Below, in pieces: positions 26,446-36,813 of a stretch of DNA of 64,000 nt (the first letter of the stretch is position 1; every line of letters begins with the position of its first letter). Both the position numbers and the translations under genes were made by a program. The notes below the pieces were generated by a model, which was given only the letters and a program-made list of their open reading frames with translations, was not told the DNA's origin and did no database searches. Source of the DNA: Anaerolineae bacterium (GTDB lineage: Bacteria; Chloroflexota; Anaerolineae; B4-G1; SLSP01). The DNA lies in NCBI GenBank assembly GCA_035415725.1, contig DAOOGN010000002.1:42137-106136 (forward strand), written 5' to 3'.

Positions 26446-27840
26446 GTGGAAGTTGTGCATGGGGTTTCTCCTGGTTATCGTCAGGCTGAACGGCAAATCC
26501 TGGCGCGCTGGATAATGTCTGGGCAGAGTGGCGCAGTCATTGGGTTGCCCGGTTGTGGACGCTCGAGTTTGCTGGAGTTTTTGTGCGCCCAGTCCGAGCC
26601 TCTTTTGGATCGTACATCTGCCGTTACGGAGTGCATGGTGTTAGTTCCGGTAAACTTGTTCACGTTGCCGGCCACGGATATGGCTACATTCTATCGCGTA
26701 TTGCTACGCGCCTTCTATCACGCTTCCCGACATTTCAGCCCTATCTTACGAGATATGGCAGCCCATCTCTATCGTGAAAACATTGAAGCTCAGGATCCTT
26801 TTTTACCGCAGAGCGCGCTTCAAGAGTTGCTCCTGTGCTTCCACGATAACCATACCCGCGTTGTTTTGGTGTTGAATCATTTTGACTATTTTTTGCAGGA
26901 AGCTACGCCCCCTATGGTGAATACTCTACGGGGTCTGCGCGATAGTTTCAAGCACACGTTAAGTTTTATTGTTGGTATGCAGCAGGAAGTCGCCTACTTG
27001 CCCGATCCGGAGGCATTGGGTGAGATGTATGACTTGCTGGATAGAAATGTGTGTTGGGTGGGCGCGATGGGCCACGAAGATGCGCAAGGGGTGATTGCAC
27101 AAACCCTCCATGCGACAGCCGACTTCCCCACCGCTGCCGAGATGGATATGATGTTGCGCCTATCCGGAAACTTCCCGGCGCTTTTGCAATTGGTTGCCTA
27201 TTGGTGGCAAAAAATTTCTCCACGCCCGCTGGTTTCAGAGTGGTCGGCAGCACTCCTGGCAGAAAACAATGTCCGCCGTCGCTTAACCAAAATGTGGGAT
27301 GGACTGACCCAGGAGGAGCAGTTTTTTTTATCCGCGATTGCCGGGATGCAAATGCATTCCCCTACTGAAATGGAAAGTGTTCAGTGTCTGAAAAATGTAG
27401 GGTGCGGACTGGAGCGTCAGAATTTGCTGCTGCGCCTTGCTCACAAGGGGGTATGCGAACAAACACCGACAGGTTGGAGTATCCGGGGAGATTTGTTTCT
27501 GGCTTATGTCAGAGAAGCCGGCATGTCCAGTCGTGGGCGGATCTGGTTGGACAAAGAAACCCAAGTGATTAACCAGGGGCTTACCCACATCACAAACTTG
27601 ACGCCGTTGGAAAGGAGACTGCTTCAATACTTCATTCTGAACCCCTATAAGCCGCATGAGAGCGAAACATTGATCTCCTATATTTGGGAAGATAAATCCG
27701 ACGACATGGTGGATAATGATCTCCAACAGTTGATTTATCGGCTGCGAAAAAAGATCGATGGAGTTCCACCCCAATACATCATCACCTGGAAGGGCCGTCC
27801 AGGCGGGTATCAGTTCTATCCTGAGGGACGTCCAAAATAA
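26446..27840 (+). CDS. P-loop ATPase (AAA/STAND-like, atypical Walker A with Arg) fused to C-terminal OmpR/PhoB-type winged-helix DNA-binding domain
   Basis: GLPGCGRSSLL (GxxxxGRS, not GKS/T); Walker B-like VVLVLNHFD; C-terminus LTPLERRLLQYFILNPYKPHESETLISYIWEDK...LQQLIYRLRKKIDG...IITWKGRPGGYQF matches trans_reg_C pattern. Start chosen at GTG 26446, 6 nt after AGGTGGAG; ORF opens at 26434. Confidence 0.7.
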   Translation: MEVVHGVSPGYRQAERQILARWIMSGQSGAVIGLPGCGRSSLLEFLCAQSEPLLDRTSAVTECMVLVPVNLFTLPATDMATFYRVLLRAFYHASRHFSPILRDMAAHLYRENIEAQDPFLPQSALQELLLCFHDNHTRVVLVLNHFDYFLQEATPPMVNTLRGLRDSFKHTLSFIVGMQQEVAYLPDPEALGEMYDLLDRNVCWVGAMGHEDAQGVIAQTLHATADFPTAAEMDMMLRLSGNFPALLQLVAYWWQKISPRPLVSEWSAALLAENNVRRRLTKMWDGLTQEEQFFLSAIAGMQMHSPTEMESVQCLKNVGCGLERQNLLLRLAHKGVCEQTPTGWSIRGDLFLAYVREAGMSSRGRIWLDKETQVINQGLTHITNLTPLERRLLQYFILNPYKPHESETLISYIWEDKSDDMVDNDLQQLIYRLRKKIDGVPPQYIITWKGRPGGYQFYPEGRPK

Positions 27841-27852
27841 ACGGGGTATTTT

Positions 27853-30777
27853 ATGCTCCCGAGCATTGACATCGAGGGTACACTTCGGTTGCCGGAAAAC
27901 GGGCGGGCTATTCTGCAGACGCTATTTCCCGCGCATCAACGTGTCATTGTTAAAAGGGAATTCACCGGCAACCTCAGCGGCAGCCGTGTCTTTCTGGTAC
28001 AACCTATTACAGCACAAGGAACAGAATACCCCGTTGTCGTCAAATTTGCTGCGCTAAGTTTGATCGAGAAGGAGTGGCGCGCCTACCAGCGTATACGGCA
28101 GACGCTTTACGGCGTCGTGCGGGTACAAAACAAAGTTCTACCAAGCGACGGGGAATGGGCTGCATTGAGTTACCCCCTCCAGGGTGGGGGAATGTTCGAA
28201 GTCGACAATCTCTACGATTATTGTCAGCATTGTCATGCGCGCGAAATTCTACAAACATTCTACAGAGTGTTTAAAACCCTTGAGGGCATACACAATCAGA
28301 GTCGTGCCGTCTCAGGGTTCTTTTGGCGCGCCAGTTACGATCACATCTTGCCAGTGAATTTGCTCATGGCCTCTGCCGATCTCCCTGCGGACGTCCCTGT
28401 CCAAATTTTGGATGTGTCGAACGTGGAGGTCGGAAATGTGCAACTGGGCGACTGGGTAGAATTGCGCGGGTTTACCGTGACCAAAGTTGACTTACGCGAT
28501 CATACGGTCACGCTTAATCTACCTTATAAAACGGAGCACTCCGACTCGTTTTGTGTGCGGGTGATGGTGACGGAGAGTCCTGCTATTTATCACGAGCATC
28601 AAATCGTACCGTCTTTTACAGGTCAGGTTATGGCGACCCGCCCCAGTCAGTTACAGACTTACGCGCAATCCCTGCTGGCGGCAGAAGCGGCAGCGACGGC
28701 TCCCTCATTTTCTGCCGATGGGGTATCACTGCCCAATCCATTTTTGCGGGTAGCGACGATTCTCAACCAATACCGTGACGTGCGCACAGCGTTGATCCAT
28801 GGTGATCTGAACTTGTACAATGTCCTGGTCGATGTGGATACCGGCTATATCAGTCTGATTGATGTCACCGAAGCGCATGAGGACCACATTCTGCACGACT
28901 TCTTGCGTATGGAAACAGAAGTTGTGACCAAGTTGTTGCCGGACTTATTGTCCGCGGTAGCTCTGTCGGTGCCTCGTACGATGTTCGAGTTTTATCAGGC
29001 GTTGCACTGCGCGACTTTCGAATCGCCCACACTGCACGATTATCGCCTACCCTTAGACCTGGAGAAACCCTTTGAAGCTATTCGCTCTATCCGGCGGATG
29101 GCCGCGCGGCATTTCTACAGCGACGATCCGTCCGAATACTATCAGGGCTTATTGCTATACCTCGTCGGGGCACTTAAATTCAGCAACCTGGATCGGCATC
29201 CAACCGCACCGCTTCCTAAGCAGGCCGCGCTGTGGGGAGCGGCGACGGTTGCCTGGCTGTTGGACTCTGCCCCGGTTTGTCAACCACACTCAATGCCAAT
29301 GCTGGAGGCAGCTCCCCCGGCTGCATTGTTGATCGATTATACGCCTGAAGTCAAAGTGTTGCGTAAGGATACTGAGTGTTTTGTTCCGGCGGCGTATGGC
29401 ATGCCGCTCTATCAAGGGGATGTGGTTAGCACCTTTACGGCAGCTCACGCTTTGATCTATTGCCGGAATGGTTCACTTCTGGCAGTGCCGGATGAACATA
29501 ATCAGTGTATCGATGCTTCTCATATTCCTTCTGAACGTGTCTGGGCGCACTTGGAGAGATATGATATAACTTACTGGCCCTTCCTCATCAACCACGTGTC
29601 TTTCAATCTGACATTGCCGCCAGAAACAGTCTCGCCTTTGTTGCTCGCCCCCCGTCAAACGCGCCTTCAGGCTACTCGCCCTACATTTTATTGGCGTGCA
29701 GTGGTCGGCGCAACTGCTTATCGCTTATCACTGCGTATGCCCAACGGGATAATCTGGCAGCGTGAAACCCCGTTCACGACATTGCTTTACCCTGATGATG
29801 CCCCTGCGCTGACCCCTGGCAGTGGCAATACGGTGGTTTTGGAAGTCGTCCATGCGCCCTCTCCATCCGAAACGGTGTACCTGGAAATGCTTAGGGAAGA
29901 AGAGCTGGCTATGGTTCAGACGCAAGAGGGCATCATTCGGGAATTGCACCCCAATGCAGTTGCCGAATGTTATCTGTTGGCGTTGCTATACCGCCGATGG
30001 GGATTATGGGGTGCGGCAATCCATCAGCTCGAACAGCTTGCATGCGGGATGCCATCGCTTTCGTCTGCGTTCTGGTTGCTCTTGGGAGAACTTTATCTGC
30101 GCATTGGACTGTATGCTCAATCTGAAGAACAATATCTTCAGGCATTGAGCTACGGGAAAATCGAACAGAACATGACGGCCCAGACGCTGGCCTATATGGG
30201 GTTGGTGTGCGCATCCGGTGCACAATCCCATTATCTCCAGGCGCAAAATTACCTCGAGGCCGCAAACTTACAAGAAGATAAAGCCCTGCTACAGTTTGTG
30301 CATGACCAACTAGAGCCTGTGCCGCGTCGTGCCTATTCTGTTGTTACAACTCCGGTGGGTTTGTTTGACTATGTACGTTCTCTGGCAGAGCAGATTGCTG
30401 TTCACCTGACCGATGAAATACGGCATATTCCGGAACGATTCCTTGAACAACTGCAGACGATGTCCCCATACACTCTCAGACCCACCGCCGATGGCTGGAG
30501 CACACTCGGTTCCGATAAATTAGCGGCCATGGAAATGTTGGCTATGACCTACATCACAACACGCACGCTTTTGGAAGCATTTCCCCGCGCAGAATTCGAG
30601 CGTCAGATCCAGACCGGGCAGATCGAGCAGCTATTGCGCGACCACGCTCAACAGATAGTGCAGACGACGCTGGGCGTGTCGGTGGAGAAGGCGGCGGATT
30701 TTGCCAATCGCTATACAGCCATGGTGAGAGATCATCTTGACATCCTACGACAGTTATTGGATTCCCAGGAACTATAA
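27853..30777 (+). CDS. 974-aa protein: N-terminal protein-kinase/aminoglycoside-phosphotransferase-like fold domain, C-terminal TPR-like helical region
   Basis: Catalytic-loop-like ALIHGDLNLYNVLVD (cf. HGDLxxxNxL of APH/ePK-like kinases) followed by ISLIDVTEA at DFG position; C-terminal half helical with TPR-like periodicity. Confidence 0.6.
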   Translation: MLPSIDIEGTLRLPENGRAILQTLFPAHQRVIVKREFTGNLSGSRVFLVQPITAQGTEYPVVVKFAALSLIEKEWRAYQRIRQTLYGVVRVQNKVLPSDGEWAALSYPLQGGGMFEVDNLYDYCQHCHAREILQTFYRVFKTLEGIHNQSRAVSGFFWRASYDHILPVNLLMASADLPADVPVQILDVSNVEVGNVQLGDWVELRGFTVTKVDLRDHTVTLNLPYKTEHSDSFCVRVMVTESPAIYHEHQIVPSFTGQVMATRPSQLQTYAQSLLAAEAAATAPSFSADGVSLPNPFLRVATILNQYRDVRTALIHGDLNLYNVLVDVDTGYISLIDVTEAHEDHILHDFLRMETEVVTKLLPDLLSAVALSVPRTMFEFYQALHCATFESPTLHDYRLPLDLEKPFEAIRSIRRMAARHFYSDDPSEYYQGLLLYLVGALKFSNLDRHPTAPLPKQAALWGAATVAWLLDSAPVCQPHSMPMLEAAPPAALLIDYTPEVKVLRKDTECFVPAAYGMPLYQGDVVSTFTAAHALIYCRNGSLLAVPDEHNQCIDASHIPSERVWAHLERYDITYWPFLINHVSFNLTLPPETVSPLLLAPRQTRLQATRPTFYWRAVVGATAYRLSLRMPNGIIWQRETPFTTLLYPDDAPALTPGSGNTVVLEVVHAPSPSETVYLEMLREEELAMVQTQEGIIRELHPNAVAECYLLALLYRRWGLWGAAIHQLEQLACGMPSLSSAFWLLLGELYLRIGLYAQSEEQYLQALSYGKIEQNMTAQTLAYMGLVCASGAQSHYLQAQNYLEAANLQEDKALLQFVHDQLEPVPRRAYSVVTTPVGLFDYVRSLAEQIAVHLTDEIRHIPERFLEQLQTMSPYTLRPTADGWSTLGSDKLAAMEMLAMTYITTRTLLEAFPRAEFERQIQTGQIEQLLRDHAQQIVQTTLGVSVEKAADFANRYTAMVRDHLDILRQLLDSQEL

Positions 30778-32133
30778 ATGGCTGGCGGTAAGATATTTTT
30801 GGATGCGTTGATCGACCAGCAGCGCGATCCGGTTGCCTTTTTGCACGGTCTGCGCTGTTACCGGCGCCGGCTGTGGTGGCCGGCCTGGGGTATACGCGCG
30901 GGGGCATGGGCAGCGCTGTCAGCCGTATTGGGGATCATTGCCTGGTTGACCCCTACGAAATGGGACCTGTTATTGGCGCCCATTCTGATCTTGCCCCTGA
31001 TGACGCAAATACTTTGTGCACTCTTAATCACCATCCTGGGTGAAGCACAATTTTGGCTTCTTTATGCTTACTCTCCTTTACTGATACTTATGGGCTGGTT
31101 GTGGGGATTAGGGTCATTATCGCCATTAGGAACATGGCTGGGGTTGCAGGTAGGATTTATCTTTTACGTTGGGAAACTCATCGCTGATGGCTGCACAATG
31201 TGGGTGCATCGTCAATTGGAAGAGGTGCAGGATGAACAGCAGCGACACCGCGGAACATGTCTGCCCATCACGGCCACGGTGATGCCGGCGTGGCAGCGTG
31301 CCAGGAAGATACGGGTATGGGCGGCAGTCGGCCTGAGTGTTGTTATCCTTTACATTTATCATGCTCTGCCGGCACAAGAGTTGTGCGGCTACAGCACTTG
31401 CGGCGAAGAAATCCTTATTTTGCACGCTATCATCTCTGTTGGCGCCGGCATGTTTGGCTGTCTGGGACTTGATGCAACGCTACTTGCCATCTTGAAAGCG
31501 AAGCCAGCGCTATGTTTTACCGCCGGACAATGGCAACCTACTTACATCGGACGAGTAGCCTTATGGACGCCGATGCGCTATATCCATCGTCTTTTTTTGT
31601 CAGAACGAGCTTTGTCCGATCAAAGCTACATGATGTGTACTTTGCTGACACAAGGATACCTGGGGCCGGTTGTGCGTCGGGTTTGTCGTTCCTGGTCGGC
31701 GATGCACTTGCAGCAACTTCTTGTGGCGCTTAGTATGCAGGAGGGCGGCAGTGCTGTCATTCGTTATCTTCTCCCTTCCTTGCCCCCCTCATTGCAAACT
31801 GTAGGAGCATTTTACGCGCATCTGGCAGATGAAGCGCTGAAGCCACCGGATTTGCAGTGTTGGCTTCACGTGTTGACGGCCTACTTCCCTTCAACCATAA
31901 TGCCGGATGACGGTTTCGAGACTTCTGCCATTTTGCTCCTCTCTCAAGTCCGCGACGCTTTATTGACAGTGACGGCAACTCCTGAACTTACCCAGACCCT
32001 TCGACGTATGTGCCGGCTGATCACACAATGGCGCGCAGCTACGCTTTTATCGGAAACGACGTCCACACCATCGTGGCCGTCCATGCTATTATGGCGCCTT
32101 GAACAACACCAGAAACGATTGCAAATAATATGA
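30778..32133 (+). CDS. Polytopic integral membrane protein (about 9-10 predicted TM helices), function unknown
   Basis: ATG immediately follows TAA of upstream gene (ctaTAAATGgct), suggesting translational coupling; many long hydrophobic stretches. Confidence 0.55.
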   Translation: MAGGKIFLDALIDQQRDPVAFLHGLRCYRRRLWWPAWGIRAGAWAALSAVLGIIAWLTPTKWDLLLAPILILPLMTQILCALLITILGEAQFWLLYAYSPLLILMGWLWGLGSLSPLGTWLGLQVGFIFYVGKLIADGCTMWVHRQLEEVQDEQQRHRGTCLPITATVMPAWQRARKIRVWAAVGLSVVILYIYHALPAQELCGYSTCGEEILILHAIISVGAGMFGCLGLDATLLAILKAKPALCFTAGQWQPTYIGRVALWTPMRYIHRLFLSERALSDQSYMMCTLLTQGYLGPVVRRVCRSWSAMHLQQLLVALSMQEGGSAVIRYLLPSLPPSLQTVGAFYAHLADEALKPPDLQCWLHVLTAYFPSTIMPDDGFETSAILLLSQVRDALLTVTATPELTQTLRRMCRLITQWRAATLLSETTSTPSWPSMLLWRLEQHQKRLQII

Positions 32134-32142
32134 GGTCGCCCC

Positions 32143-34005
32143 ATGACTAAGTTTAGCCCATGGACATCCTTTCCTGTTGTTACCTATGAAACGCTCGTTG
32201 TGCGTTTTATACGTCAGACTTACTATGCGGACGATAGCATTTTCCAGTTGGAAGTGCGTCAAACGCCTGCCCCTTTACCCGGCGGCGTATTTCGTGCAGA
32301 TATTGAAGCACAATTGGCAAGTTTTCAGAGCCTTTTCACCCAACAAGTGACCTTCAATCAATTCTTCAGTCGCTTCGAAAGTCCTCCTACACCTTCCACA
32401 AACCTCGGTGATATGCAAGAACTGGGACGGCAATTATACGCGCTCTTGCCCCTAGCTTTTCAGCAATCTTTTCAACGTGTGATTCAAAGCGTTTTTGAAA
32501 AAGGACATGGATTACGTTTTATCCTTGAGGCCCGCGCGGGCGACAAGGCAGATCACCTGTTGGGTTTGCCATGGGAATTGCTCTTTTTCGAGACCACGGG
32601 CACATTTTTGGCACGCTCGCCGCGTGTTTTGATTGTACGTCGCCTGCTTGAGGCGTTACGCCGTAGTCCAGTGCAGATGCAGCCACCCTTTAACGTTATC
32701 CATGTCATTGCCGCCACGGAGGGGGCCTCTCCCAAGTATGAGATCAATGAAACATTGCAATCGCTCGAGCGGGATACGATTCGCCAGGCAATACAACCGG
32801 GGGTCTATCGTTTGGTTGAGAAGCCCGGTGCAGTTGAGACGATGCTGGCCGCATTGAGTGAGGATGCCTACCATATTGTTCACTTCTTAGGGCATGGTGA
32901 GATTCTAGAGCATGAGTCTGAACCCTGCCGTCATATCCAACGCGGTTACTTGCGTTTCGTTGATATGGACAACAACACGCAGTGGGTGACCGGCGAGCAA
33001 CTGCAACACTTTCTTGAATTCACTCCTGCCGTGCAACTGGTTGTCCTCAATGCTTGTCATGGAGGAGCTAACGTTGCCAGAAGTGTCGCTCTGGAGCTGG
33101 TGTACAATGGGCTACCGTATGTTGTCGCCATTCAGGGGGATATCTTACAAGAGTCCGCCAAACATTTTGTCACAGCGTTTTACACGGCCTTACAAGGTGG
33201 TGATGATATTGCCTACGCTGTTGCAATCGGCCGCGCCGCCATCGCTGCACACATTCCCCAAACACTGGATTGGTGCTTGCCGGTGCTGTATACCAATGTC
33301 GGCCTCAATGAAGTTCCGGCCGGGGTCGAGCGCGCCGCGCGACTCTGGCAATGGATGAGTACGCTGCGGGCCCGCAAGCAGATAGGAGCAGGCCATCTGC
33401 TTTTTGGGGGATTGCACCTGATCGTGGGACTGTTGTTGTTCATAAGTCGGCCAGTGTTGGCCCTGCCATCGGCTTCTCTTCTTGGCGGCATCACAGCCGT
33501 GTTCGCGGCATTGCCCCTTATGACAGCATTTATCTTCTATTGGCGCATGACTCCACCACCACCAAAATCTTGGGCATTCACCGGCCGGTTAGCCCTGTTT
33601 ATATGCGTCCTTGACGCCGCCTCCTTGAGCTTTGGACTATCTTTGTGGTACGTTTGGAGTATCTGGTTATTGGTTATCGCAACCGGCTTATGGAATATCC
33701 TTAACTCTCTAGCCCAGGGAGTTCTGGTAAGCCTGATTCTTGTAGCTGGACTGCTGTTGAGCAGTGAGTTGAGTTATTCACAAATGTGGGGACATACACA
33801 AGCGTTTATCTCCGCGGCACATATTGAACCCCCCAGCTTTAAGTGGAGTGACCTTATCATTGCCCTTGGAGGGTATGTACTCCTGTCCATTCCGTGGTTT
33901 ATCAACGCCTTTTACGCAGCATGGGCAACCCCACCCTGGGGAAATATGTGGATTGGCATTGTATTATTAACGTTTGGCTCCATGTTCTGGAAAGAAAACG
34001 AATAG
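32143..34005 (+). CDS. CHAT-domain (caspase-like His-Cys dyad) protease with C-terminal multi-TM membrane anchor
   Basis: HFLGHG (catalytic His block) and VVLNACHGG (catalytic Cys block) at caspase/CHAT spacing; C-terminal ~200 aa has ~6 hydrophobic helices; GAGG 8 nt upstream of ATG. Confidence 0.75.
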   Translation: MTKFSPWTSFPVVTYETLVVRFIRQTYYADDSIFQLEVRQTPAPLPGGVFRADIEAQLASFQSLFTQQVTFNQFFSRFESPPTPSTNLGDMQELGRQLYALLPLAFQQSFQRVIQSVFEKGHGLRFILEARAGDKADHLLGLPWELLFFETTGTFLARSPRVLIVRRLLEALRRSPVQMQPPFNVIHVIAATEGASPKYEINETLQSLERDTIRQAIQPGVYRLVEKPGAVETMLAALSEDAYHIVHFLGHGEILEHESEPCRHIQRGYLRFVDMDNNTQWVTGEQLQHFLEFTPAVQLVVLNACHGGANVARSVALELVYNGLPYVVAIQGDILQESAKHFVTAFYTALQGGDDIAYAVAIGRAAIAAHIPQTLDWCLPVLYTNVGLNEVPAGVERAARLWQWMSTLRARKQIGAGHLLFGGLHLIVGLLLFISRPVLALPSASLLGGITAVFAALPLMTAFIFYWRMTPPPPKSWAFTGRLALFICVLDAASLSFGLSLWYVWSIWLLVIATGLWNILNSLAQGVLVSLILVAGLLLSSELSYSQMWGHTQAFISAAHIEPPSFKWSDLIIALGGYVLLSIPWFINAFYAAWATPPWGNMWIGIVLLTFGSMFWKENE

Positions 34006-34155
34006 CCGCTAGTTCAGAAACCCAGTTAGTCACATCTTGCCTTGCCCTGGCTTACCCACACACTTTAGAACCGCATCCAATCTCTTATGCTGTCAGAGGT
34101 GTTGCAATTGGGAAACGTCGTGACGAAAATCTGGGTGGTTCCGGCCTGCCCGCCC

Positions 34156-36810
34156 TTAGTGCTTGAACGTGAACGGGAACATCACAACCTCGCCTTCCGG
34201 TGCCGCCAGCGGCGTGAGGCGGAAACGTTCGTACACCGTGATAGCCACTGTGGTGGGGCTTTCTGTAACGTTGAAAGGGTGCGGATCGAGCAGTGAACCA
34301 TCACGGATGATCCACTTGAGCGTGGGCAGTGCGCCGAGGCCGGGCTGGATGTCGTGCATGCCGAGCCACGCGCCGTTGGCTCCAAGGAACCGCACGCTGA
34401 CGGCGTAATCGTTGACGATGGGCCGCGCCACACGCCAGTGCAGGTTGAGCACCGGTGTTCCGTCGCGTGGCGCTGCGTCACTGCCGGTCAACACCATCTC
34501 ATCGCCAAAGGGGACGTAACGCTCGCCGGATGAGGGGGCGGGCAAGGGCAGACCGAGCCAGCGCACCGGGCTGCCATCAGGACGTGTTAGTGTCAACTGC
34601 GGCGGCGCATTGGGCGGAATAGGAACCCGCACCGTCTGACACTTTCCCGGTCCCAGAGGATGCACCAGAGCGCGATTGTCGCCGGACCGGATGATTAGCG
34701 CCTGCCCCGGACCGCACCAGTGCAAGTACGCCATCGCGCCGGCGTCATCGGTATTGTAATCGACGCCACGCAGCCACGGCCCCCCGTCGCTGACGACGCC
34801 GGGCCACCAACGGCTCACCGGCAGGGTGGGAAAGTCACACCCGCTTGTCCATTCAGGCAAAGAAACGCTCCCCAAATCCTGAAAGGCGTTATCCTGCACA
34901 GTATATGCGCCGAGCGTCGGGTAGATGACGGCCGTGCAGCGGTCCACCGGCATCTGCAGAACCAGATGGGTGAATCGTACCTCCCCCACGGCAGTATCAC
35001 CGCCCAGAGAGCGATCGGCCTGCGCCAGCAAAACGCCATCTGCATCCCCCAAGCGGGCCGTGAAGGAGGGGGCCGGTTCCTGCGGGCCGTTTGCCCGCCA
35101 GGCCAGATGCAATTCCACCTGGCGCCCCGGCTGCACTTCGCCGACGATGCGATAGCCCAACACCTGCACGGCGCCCAGGTCGGCATCCAACGGCGTGAAA
35201 TTCAGCTCTTCGGGCAACGCCATGAGCGGTCGCCGGTAGAAGCGGAATCCACCGCCCACCGGTGTGGAGGTCCAGCCCTCCCATGCGTAACCGTGGGTGG
35301 TGAAGACGGGTCGGTTTCCGGCGTCCTCGACGCGCGTGTGCCATACATCCTCGTACTCTTCGCCGGCGACGGGGTAGACGTAAGCTACTTCCACCTGGGG
35401 ATGGCGTCCTTCGACCTGTTGCAATACCCACAACGGCGTGGCCCAGTGCCAGTCGGCGAGGATCAGCGCGTCCGGCGATGCCGCGTCCAGCAAAGGCTCC
35501 GTTCTGGCGCGGATGGACGTATCGGCGGCAAGAACGGCAAAATCAGGCACGAGCACGACCAGACGAAGGAGCAAAACGCAAAAAATAAGGAGTAAGAAGT
35601 AGGGAGTAAGAAGTAAGAAGATTCGCCGCTTCGTTGCTTCGTTGCGTCGCTGCTTCGCCGTGCGCCATTTGCCATTTGCCATTCCGCCTATGCCCAGTCC
35701 GAACACGAGCACCATCGGCACGTAGGCCGGCATCAGATATTCGATGGTCTGGGGGGCGCGGTAGGTGATGGTGACGAAGGTGTGCAGGGCCCAGGCGAGG
35801 AAGAATGCCGCCGCCAGTTTGCCGTCGCGCCGGAGCAGCCACAACCAGCTCAGGCCGATGGCGACCAGCAGAAGTGGCGGAAATTGCTGCCGGAAGAGCG
35901 TGGGCAGTAGCGGCAAACGTAGGGCCAGGTCGGTTCGGGTGGCGAAAGCGAACATGTCGCCGCCAAAACCACGCGCCAGCACGTGATCCCAGAATCCCGA
36001 CCACGTCGCCAGATCGCCGGGGGCAAGGGGGACGTGGAGCATGCTGTCGCGCAGAGGCAGGTAAAGCTGCGGGATGAACCACGCCAGCCCCGCGACAAGC
36101 ACGGCCTTCCACCAGCGCCGCGGTTGGATGAACAGGCGCGGATCGATGAGCAGCAGGTAAAGCGCCCAGCCGACGGCGATGAAAATCAGCGATGGGTGGT
36201 GTCCCACCCCTAATCCCAGCGCCAGAGCAAGTTCGGTCAGAGGGGAGATTTTGCCGCTGTACGATCTCCTCTGCGCGGCGCGATAATGCGCCAGCGCTAA
36301 AAATCCCCAGGCCGCAAAAACCATCGTCGGCATGCGAATGTTGGCGCTGGTCGCCTGCGCCCAGAACGTCGCGGCGCCGCCGAACAAGAGCGCCGCCGCC
36401 ACTCCCCCGATCTCTGTCGCGCGCGGTGTGCATCCCCAGGCCGAGGCCCAGGTGCGCACGGCGGCAGCAACGAGCACAAGCGTTGTGGCCGCCAGCACGG
36501 CGCTGAACAGGTTGACGCGAAAAACCGCCGCCCCCACGGGGAACAAACGCATCCACAGCGCACTGGCGACGGTGTAGAGCGGGTAGCCCGGCGGGTGGGC
36601 AATGCCCCATTTTGCCGCGGTGAGTTGGAATTCGCCGCTGTCTGCCGGGAGCACATCGCGCGCTGTCGTCGCGGCGTAAAGCAGGAAGAAAGCCATCCAC
36701 AGTAGACAGGAGACGGCAGACGGTAGACGACGACACCGGCGGGCACGGGAAAATCGCGCGCCGGGGTGCGACGCGCGATCTACGGATGCTACGGTGTGCC
36801 GGTCGGCCAC
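34156..36810 (-). CDS. DUF2723-family polytopic membrane protein (GT-C/PMT-like glycosyltransferase fold) with large C-terminal extracytoplasmic beta-rich domain
   Basis: N-terminal motif DSGEFQLTAAKWGIAHPPGYPLYT typical of DUF2723/TMEM260-like proteins; ~12 TM helices then ~450-aa soluble domain. True start may be the internal Met (..LLWMAFFLLY..). Confidence 0.65.
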   Translation of the reverse strand: MADRHTVASVDRASHPGARFSRARRCRRLPSAVSCLLWMAFFLLYAATTARDVLPADSGEFQLTAAKWGIAHPPGYPLYTVASALWMRLFPVGAAVFRVNLFSAVLAATTLVLVAAAVRTWASAWGCTPRATEIGGVAAALLFGGAATFWAQATSANIRMPTMVFAAWGFLALAHYRAAQRRSYSGKISPLTELALALGLGVGHHPSLIFIAVGWALYLLLIDPRLFIQPRRWWKAVLVAGLAWFIPQLYLPLRDSMLHVPLAPGDLATWSGFWDHVLARGFGGDMFAFATRTDLALRLPLLPTLFRQQFPPLLLVAIGLSWLWLLRRDGKLAAAFFLAWALHTFVTITYRAPQTIEYLMPAYVPMVLVFGLGIGGMANGKWRTAKQRRNEATKRRIFLLLTPYFLLLIFCVLLLRLVVLVPDFAVLAADTSIRARTEPLLDAASPDALILADWHWATPLWVLQQVEGRHPQVEVAYVYPVAGEEYEDVWHTRVEDAGNRPVFTTHGYAWEGWTSTPVGGGFRFYRRPLMALPEELNFTPLDADLGAVQVLGYRIVGEVQPGRQVELHLAWRANGPQEPAPSFTARLGDADGVLLAQADRSLGGDTAVGEVRFTHLVLQMPVDRCTAVIYPTLGAYTVQDNAFQDLGSVSLPEWTSGCDFPTLPVSRWWPGVVSDGGPWLRGVDYNTDDAGAMAYLHWCGPGQALIIRSGDNRALVHPLGPGKCQTVRVPIPPNAPPQLTLTRPDGSPVRWLGLPLPAPSSGERYVPFGDEMVLTGSDAAPRDGTPVLNLHWRVARPIVNDYAVSVRFLGANGAWLGMHDIQPGLGALPTLKWIIRDGSLLDPHPFNVTESPTTVAITVYERFRLTPLAAPEGEVVMFPFTFKH

Positions 36811-36813
36811 AGG

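Noticed and set aside
35543-36736. 397-aa minus-strand ORF and several 80-150-aa ORFs on both strands in 34700-36750
   Set aside because: Alternate-frame or antisense to the DUF2723 membrane-protein gene. They are Arg/Pro/Gly-rich with no motifs, whereas the 884-aa frame carries the conserved DSGEF...HPPGYPLY motif and TM helices.
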